Virus record (IMG/VR): IMGVR_UViG_3300037067_013225
Span: 64,001 to 128,000 of that record
Direction: 5' to 3' (one strand)
DNA length: 64,000 bases
Source: a virus
Lineage: Duplodnaviria > Caudoviricetes
Both the position numbers and the translations under genes were made by a program. This document shows, one piece after another, positions 59,392 through 64,000 of the stretch. Below the pieces are notes generated by a model that was not told the origin of the DNA, made no database searches, and saw only the letters and a list, made by a program, of their open reading frames with translations. Positions within the stretch are counted from its first letter, which is position 1, and each line of letters begins with the position of its first letter.

Positions 59392-60040
59392 TTTAGCGGG
59401 AAAATTGGTATCCGATCTAAATATAGGACTCGCTTCCAAAGAATTAACTCAATTAATTTTTACCACGAACGTTTCAGATGCCGATCCAACATTGGGAACA
59501 CTTACGATTTCTATACCTGAAGCACTAAATGTGGTATTTCAGATTGGTAATGAACGTATGTTTGCCAAATATTATAAAAATAAGACGTTTTATAAAATAA
59601 CTCGTGGCTATTTATCCACGCCAATCGAAAAACATCTGTCTGGCGATTTGATTTTCTTAGTAGAACCCATCAATGTGAAAAAATATGATAGTTTTAGCAT
59701 TTATGACGTAGAGTTATCTGATGAGGGATTGGTTTTAGATGGAAACTACAATATTTCATTGATTCGCGGCATAGAGGCCATAACACAAGACGTAAGGTTA
59801 CTTTTTGAATCTGTTGGTAACTATATTCTTAACACTTATTCTCAACTTGAATCATTAGACAGTGAATCTCTAACAATTCAATACAATCAACATCTCTTTT
59901 CAAACAGATTTGTCCAGAATATCGAAATAACCAATATTACACGTATTGATGATCGTGCCACAGTGACCGCCAAGGCGACCATCCAGGGTAAATTGTATGA
60001 AAATATTACGTTTGCACTTCCATATGCTGCGAGACTCTAA
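59381..60040 (+). CDS. Probable baseplate wedge / sheath-initiator (gp25-like) protein
   Basis: D..L...G.I.LI.GIEAITQDV.L pattern; precedes baseplate J. Confidence 0.5.
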   Translation: MAVNLAGKLVSDLNIGLASKELTQLIFTTNVSDADPTLGTLTISIPEALNVVFQIGNERMFAKYYKNKTFYKITRGYLSTPIEKHLSGDLIFLVEPINVKKYDSFSIYDVELSDEGLVLDGNYNISLIRGIEAITQDVRLLFESVGNYILNTYSQLESLDSESLTIQYNQHLFSNRFVQNIEITNITRIDDRATVTAKATIQGKLYENITFALPYAARL

Positions 60041-61374
60041 TGTTAACATTTTCTGAGCTTTTAAACTATTTCCGAGATGCATTGAGGGCCTTTTCTCGTT
60101 ATCCGCTCAATTATTCTGAAAACTCGTTATTTTATAGTTTGGGGCAATCTGTTGCATCACTAGCCGCCAAAAACGAAGCAGCTATCGAAAATATGATCAC
60201 TAGATTATCTCTCACTAGTGCTGTGGGGACCGATTTAGACAACTTAATGGGGAATTTTCAGATTTATCGCAAACCAGAGTCTCAATCCATTGGTTATGTG
60301 AATATTTATGCCACTACACTTCCCACCACGAATATTTTTCTGTCGGCGGGTACGGCATTTGTTGATGAAAATGGACAAAGCTTCGTTTTGACTCAAACTG
60401 CTATTATTCCCAGCAGCACATCATATTATCCTCTAGATATCGTTGGATATATGAATCCCAACTACTACGCTTTACCTTTGGCGAGTAATTTATCAGCTTT
60501 TACAATAGCTGGTCTTTCTGTCGAGGAAATTCGGCAACAATTACTCAGTACCACTAAAATTTCATCCAGATGTGATGTAGCTGGTTTGAGTGGGAATATC
60601 GGTGCAAGGCAGATTAATGCGACGAGAGCCGGAAATATCAAGATTACAAATCCAGAACAATTTAGTGGCGGGGCGAATGCGGAAAACGATGAATCTTTCA
60701 GATCCCGTGGTTTATCCATTATACGGGGTTCGCAGAGTAAATTTACCAGCGAAGCACTCAGGGGATATTTATTGACACAACAGGGGGTCATGGATGCAAA
60801 AATTATTGAAGATACTGGTTGTATTACTATAGCGCCACCACCGTCAGGTCATATATATGCGATAATAAATACCAAACTTATGCCGGAATACCAAACGTCA
60901 TATGCGTCATACCCAGCCTTGGCTCTAAACTCCGATCTATATCAATTAATACGCAATTCAATAGAGATTGACGGTTATAGACCTTGTGGTATCGGTATTA
61001 CTGTTAGAGAGGCAGATATTATTAATGCGGGATTTACAAGCGATGCTGGTGATTATTTGACAATTTATGTGGATAGTTCTATCGTACCGTCCATTGCAAA
61101 AGTAGAGTTGCAAAATATGATATTCGATTATTTTGTTAGTACCAAGATCGGTCAAAGCATATATCCTATAGATATTTATAATTTGATTAAAAGTTATTCG
61201 GGTGTTGTGACTATGGATAACTTTACATTTCTACAAACAACTGGTTTTGATTCTGTTGGTGCGGATATTACATCCGAGGTGAGCTTTCTGAATGCGGCTT
61301 GTAATCAGGTATTTAGGATCAGAGGCCCAGAATATGTCAATTTAGAGGTTGAATATGTCAGTACGACTAGCTAG
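60040..61374 (+). CDS. Baseplate J-like (gpJ/gp47) wedge protein
   Basis: AVGTDLDNL.....IYRK, GT.F, G..GNI....I, ITNPEQFSGGANAENDESFRSR, RPCGI. Confidence 0.9.
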   Translation: MLTFSELLNYFRDALRAFSRYPLNYSENSLFYSLGQSVASLAAKNEAAIENMITRLSLTSAVGTDLDNLMGNFQIYRKPESQSIGYVNIYATTLPTTNIFLSAGTAFVDENGQSFVLTQTAIIPSSTSYYPLDIVGYMNPNYYALPLASNLSAFTIAGLSVEEIRQQLLSTTKISSRCDVAGLSGNIGARQINATRAGNIKITNPEQFSGGANAENDESFRSRGLSIIRGSQSKFTSEALRGYLLTQQGVMDAKIIEDTGCITIAPPPSGHIYAIINTKLMPEYQTSYASYPALALNSDLYQLIRNSIEIDGYRPCGIGITVREADIINAGFTSDAGDYLTIYVDSSIVPSIAKVELQNMIFDYFVSTKIGQSIYPIDIYNLIKSYSGVVTMDNFTFLQTTGFDSVGADITSEVSFLNAACNQVFRIRGPEYVNLEVEYVSTTS

Positions 61375-62038
61375 AAATTTTGACACCATTACATACGAAC
61401 CGCTTGGTGAAGCGGCCATATATAGCCCTGATGCGAACAACAGTATTAGAAGTTTTGGTTTTATGGCAGAAGGCGGTACAATACGGCAGAGCTATTTCAT
61501 CAATTCTATTTCTGCCGCACCGTTTAATATCGAGCATATCCATTTATATCAGCCCGACATTAACTATTATTCAACAAATGTGCAGGTTTTTGGATCATTC
61601 AAACTTCCATTTGTAACACCTTTGGGTACGCCCAGAATGCGATTTTATTTGTGTTCGCCAAGTACATCCAGTAGGGTTGCCACGATTGAACAAGATGAAA
61701 ATGGCGACGATATTCTAGTGCAGCATCTAACTTTGGACGAATATATCAACGATACCTATAACGCTATAGATACGCTTCATGCTGACGGACCGGGCGTTAA
61801 TTATGGGACTCATAAATTGGATAATTTTTTGCAATCTTTTGATGTTATTTGTAATATCGGTACATATACTTTGGCCGGTAATCTAACATATTACAATCTT
61901 TATTATAACGATCCAAATAATGTTGCGCAAAGACATAAATATGATTTGCTAGCTTATGTTGAGCTGCCATATAACAATATTAACACCTCTACGTCCGATT
62001 ATACTATCGATGTAAGCGAGACGACTCTGCCACTGTAA
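61349..62038 (+). CDS. Hypothetical baseplate-associated protein
   Basis: 229-aa ORF after baseplate J. Confidence 0.5.
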   Translation: MNMSVRLARNFDTITYEPLGEAAIYSPDANNSIRSFGFMAEGGTIRQSYFINSISAAPFNIEHIHLYQPDINYYSTNVQVFGSFKLPFVTPLGTPRMRFYLCSPSTSSRVATIEQDENGDDILVQHLTLDEYINDTYNAIDTLHADGPGVNYGTHKLDNFLQSFDVICNIGTYTLAGNLTYYNLYYNDPNNVAQRHKYDLLAYVELPYNNINTSTSDYTIDVSETTLPL

Positions 62039-64000
62039 TGTATGATTTAATCAACTACGATCAATATGTATATGATGCCGAAGGGCAGTCATTTGACTTT
62101 CGCATCGTGTGCCGGAATAAAACTACCGGTGGTGATCGTACTGTTCGTGGAGTAAATTATCTAGACTATAGGCGTAGCTATCAAACATATATCCATTCGC
62201 TTAACGATAACTCCGCTGGTGAATTGGCGCGAGATTCTACCAGATTATATGGATACGCGGTATCTGCGATAACAGATAGGGAAGAAACTAAAAACAAAAT
62301 AGATCTGCCGTCACAATATATCATATATGGTGTGACAGATTATGGTGATCGTATTCCGATAATGACTTTAACATTAACTTCATTCAATTATAATTTACGT
62401 GGACGGGCTACATTTAGTATCAGTGACTACTATGCTACGGGAGAAATCGTTTCGCAAACATTGGAAGATGAATACGATATAAGTCCCAGTTACCTGTATA
62501 GGCAGGTATTGCGATATACTTATTATGATCACAGCGGATATCATGAGATGGAATATGCCGGTACACCTAGGCAGATTATAAATTACCTAATTGGTGGATT
62601 ACCGTTTGCGACAGAGCTTTTAGTAGAGCCTGCATTTGTGGGAGACGCTTTAAATGCTATAGCTTACGATCAAGATACCATAGATAACGAAGGTAGTTTG
62701 TATTCTGATGATAGATTGCGTCCAGGGGTATATTTTACCTCTATATGGCAGGACTATTACGATAATTCTCAGTTTTCGACCATTGCTTTAGTTCCAACTG
62801 AAATTGAATTTGTAGACAGTAACAATGCACCAATATATGCGCTTATTAAGAGTGTTGTATCTACTGTGGATATTGTATCTCAGAGGATATTTAGGGCATT
62901 CGATAGCTTTTTTATTAAAACTATTAACTTATTGGATTATAAATATTGGACCACGGTATTGGATACCAAGATATTCAAATATTCGTATCAGGAAAATAAA
63001 ACAACTACAATTTCGGCGATTAATTATAATGTTTTGAATCAGCTTGAGTCTATTGAGGTTGCAGATGCCACTCGCTGGCCTGATTTCGCCATGGTGTTGA
63101 TCGATCAGGAGCTAGCACAATTTACCAGTCGGATTGGGAACATCCTGTATATTGATGAGGGGAATAGGCATATTGATGGTGTTCGTAATATGCCATTACG
63201 GGTTGGACAAACCGTGAAACTATATGGAGATGTGAGATTAACAGAGAATCAAGATGCATTCAGATCGCGATTGATGTCCTTTTTGGGCGAAAAAGAGACG
63301 CCCAAGGCTCTAAATAATGCCCTGCAAATTTTATTACAAAACTCTGAAGGTGCAACTGGTGAAGTATTTGATTTCCACAGTTATGACTACCTAACATCAG
63401 AAAATATCAGATGGGCATTTCCTAAACGCGAAATTGGTTGGTTTGCTGGTGGAAACGGGGATTATTCGTTAAAATCCGCCACCTGCTCATATGTGGCAGC
63501 TACAAAAACACTCACATTGAGCAATTTGTCGAACAGTCTAGGATATTTGACATCTGGAGACACCGTTTATGTAAAATATGGTGGAGATGACGAGATATCT
63601 ATCGGGTATGTTTATTCTATCGATGCGATTAATAATACGGTTGTTTTGATAGACGCATTGACTGATTCTGACGGCGTTTTGTTGGGGAATGTTACGGGAT
63701 CGGCATCATTTTATGCACTTGGTTCATCGCAAACAAGGATTAAGGAATCCGATATCGGTGACGCATTCGATTTTGAAGACGAGACGATTTTAAATCATTC
63801 GCTAGAGACATTGGGATATTTCCACAATACACAAGATATTAAGACCATCTATTACGAAACTATCACGAACCAAGGCTCTACTACTTTACCGATAGCGATT
63901 GCGTCTGAAGATACATCCCAATATGACGAAGCTATTTATAACATTGCTGGGATTACCGGCACAAATAACCAATACAACTATACGGGTAAAATTTTATCGT
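62038..64000 (+). CDS. Large baseplate wedge (gpI-like) / fibre-anchoring protein, truncated at the window end
   Basis: Absent from the ORF track, consistent with no stop before the window end. TAATG start at 62038 reads MYDLINYDQY. ENQDAFRSRL...ETPKALNNALQILL near 63240-63340 resembles gpI-type motifs. Confidence 0.6.
   Translation, partial: MYDLINYDQYVYDAEGQSFDFRIVCRNKTTGGDRTVRGVNYLDYRRSYQTYIHSLNDNSAGELARDSTRLYGYAVSAITDREETKNKIDLPSQYIIYGVTDYGDRIPIMTLTLTSFNYNLRGRATFSISDYYATGEIVSQTLEDEYDISPSYLYRQVLRYTYYDHSGYHEMEYAGTPRQIINYLIGGLPFATELLVEPAFVGDALNAIAYDQDTIDNEGSLYSDDRLRPGVYFTSIWQDYYDNSQFSTIALVPTEIEFVDSNNAPIYALIKSVVSTVDIVSQRIFRAFDSFFIKTINLLDYKYWTTVLDTKIFKYSYQENKTTTISAINYNVLNQLESIEVADATRWPDFAMVLIDQELAQFTSRIGNILYIDEGNRHIDGVRNMPLRVGQTVKLYGDVRLTENQDAFRSRLMSFLGEKETPKALNNALQILLQNSEGATGEVFDFHSYDYLTSENIRWAFPKREIGWFAGGNGDYSLKSATCSYVAATKTLTLSNLSNSLGYLTSGDTVYVKYGGDDEISIGYVYSIDAINNTVVLIDALTDSDGVLLGNVTGSASFYALGSSQTRIKESDIGDAFDFEDETILNHSLETLGYFHNTQDIKTIYYETITNQGSTTLPIAIASEDTSQYDEAIYNIAGITGTNNQYNYTGKILS

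Noticed and set aside
49518-61374. Extracellular contractile injection system or tailocin instead of a phage
   Set aside because: The head-tail adaptor, endolysin, ligase, thyX, homing nucleases and early gene clusters indicate a phage genome.
1113-63880. GGCTCTA or IDF-junction repeats as a CRISPR array or integron attC sites
   Set aside because: The repeats are too short, mostly inside coding sequence and irregularly spaced. There are no cas or integrase genes and no attC-like dyad symmetry.
1-64000. Alternative genetic code (stop-codon reassignment)
   Set aside because: Standard code 11 gives dense, full-length, tightly coupled ORFs, and TAA, TGA and TAG all serve as stops.

Overview
A 64-kb segment of a large AT-rich tailed dsDNA phage with a contractile tail (myovirus/jumbo-phage type). 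No tRNA, rRNA, CRISPR array or integrase was seen. (1) 1-6.9 kb: early/accessory genes, including a LAGLIDADG fragment, a Mom-like DNA-modification GNAT, small ORFs, an HNH nuclease, a lipoprotein zinc protease, a proteasome-beta/HslV-like Thr protease and a CHAP endolysin. (2) 7.0-18.9 kb: an 11-gene glycosylation island with GT17/GT9/GT2/Maf-like transferases, ManB, a ManC-like enzyme, Gmd, a ColD-like dehydratase, a methyltransferase and a DUF4910 protein. (3) 18.9-24.3 kb: mostly minus-strand genes (TlpA, thyX, HNH, ATP-dependent ligase, small ORFs). (4) 24.4-64 kb: a virion morphogenesis operon with neck genes, about 22 kb of giant appendage genes (a 3726-aa protein, a PKD-repeat protein, a beta-propeller), terminator, sheath, tube, a frameshifting chaperone, an atypical Pro/Glu-rich protein in the tape-measure slot, and baseplate genes. 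Most notable signals: eight small, mostly non-homologous proteins all end in the same C-terminal tag, [E/M]-[I/V]-D-F-stop, and one of them is translationally coupled to the phage proteasome-like protease. A non-palindromic heptamer, GGCTCTA, occurs at least 52 times on both strands (about 10x a rough expectation). Several early promoters appear to make leaderless mRNAs. All functional calls come from motif recognition by eye, with no database searches.
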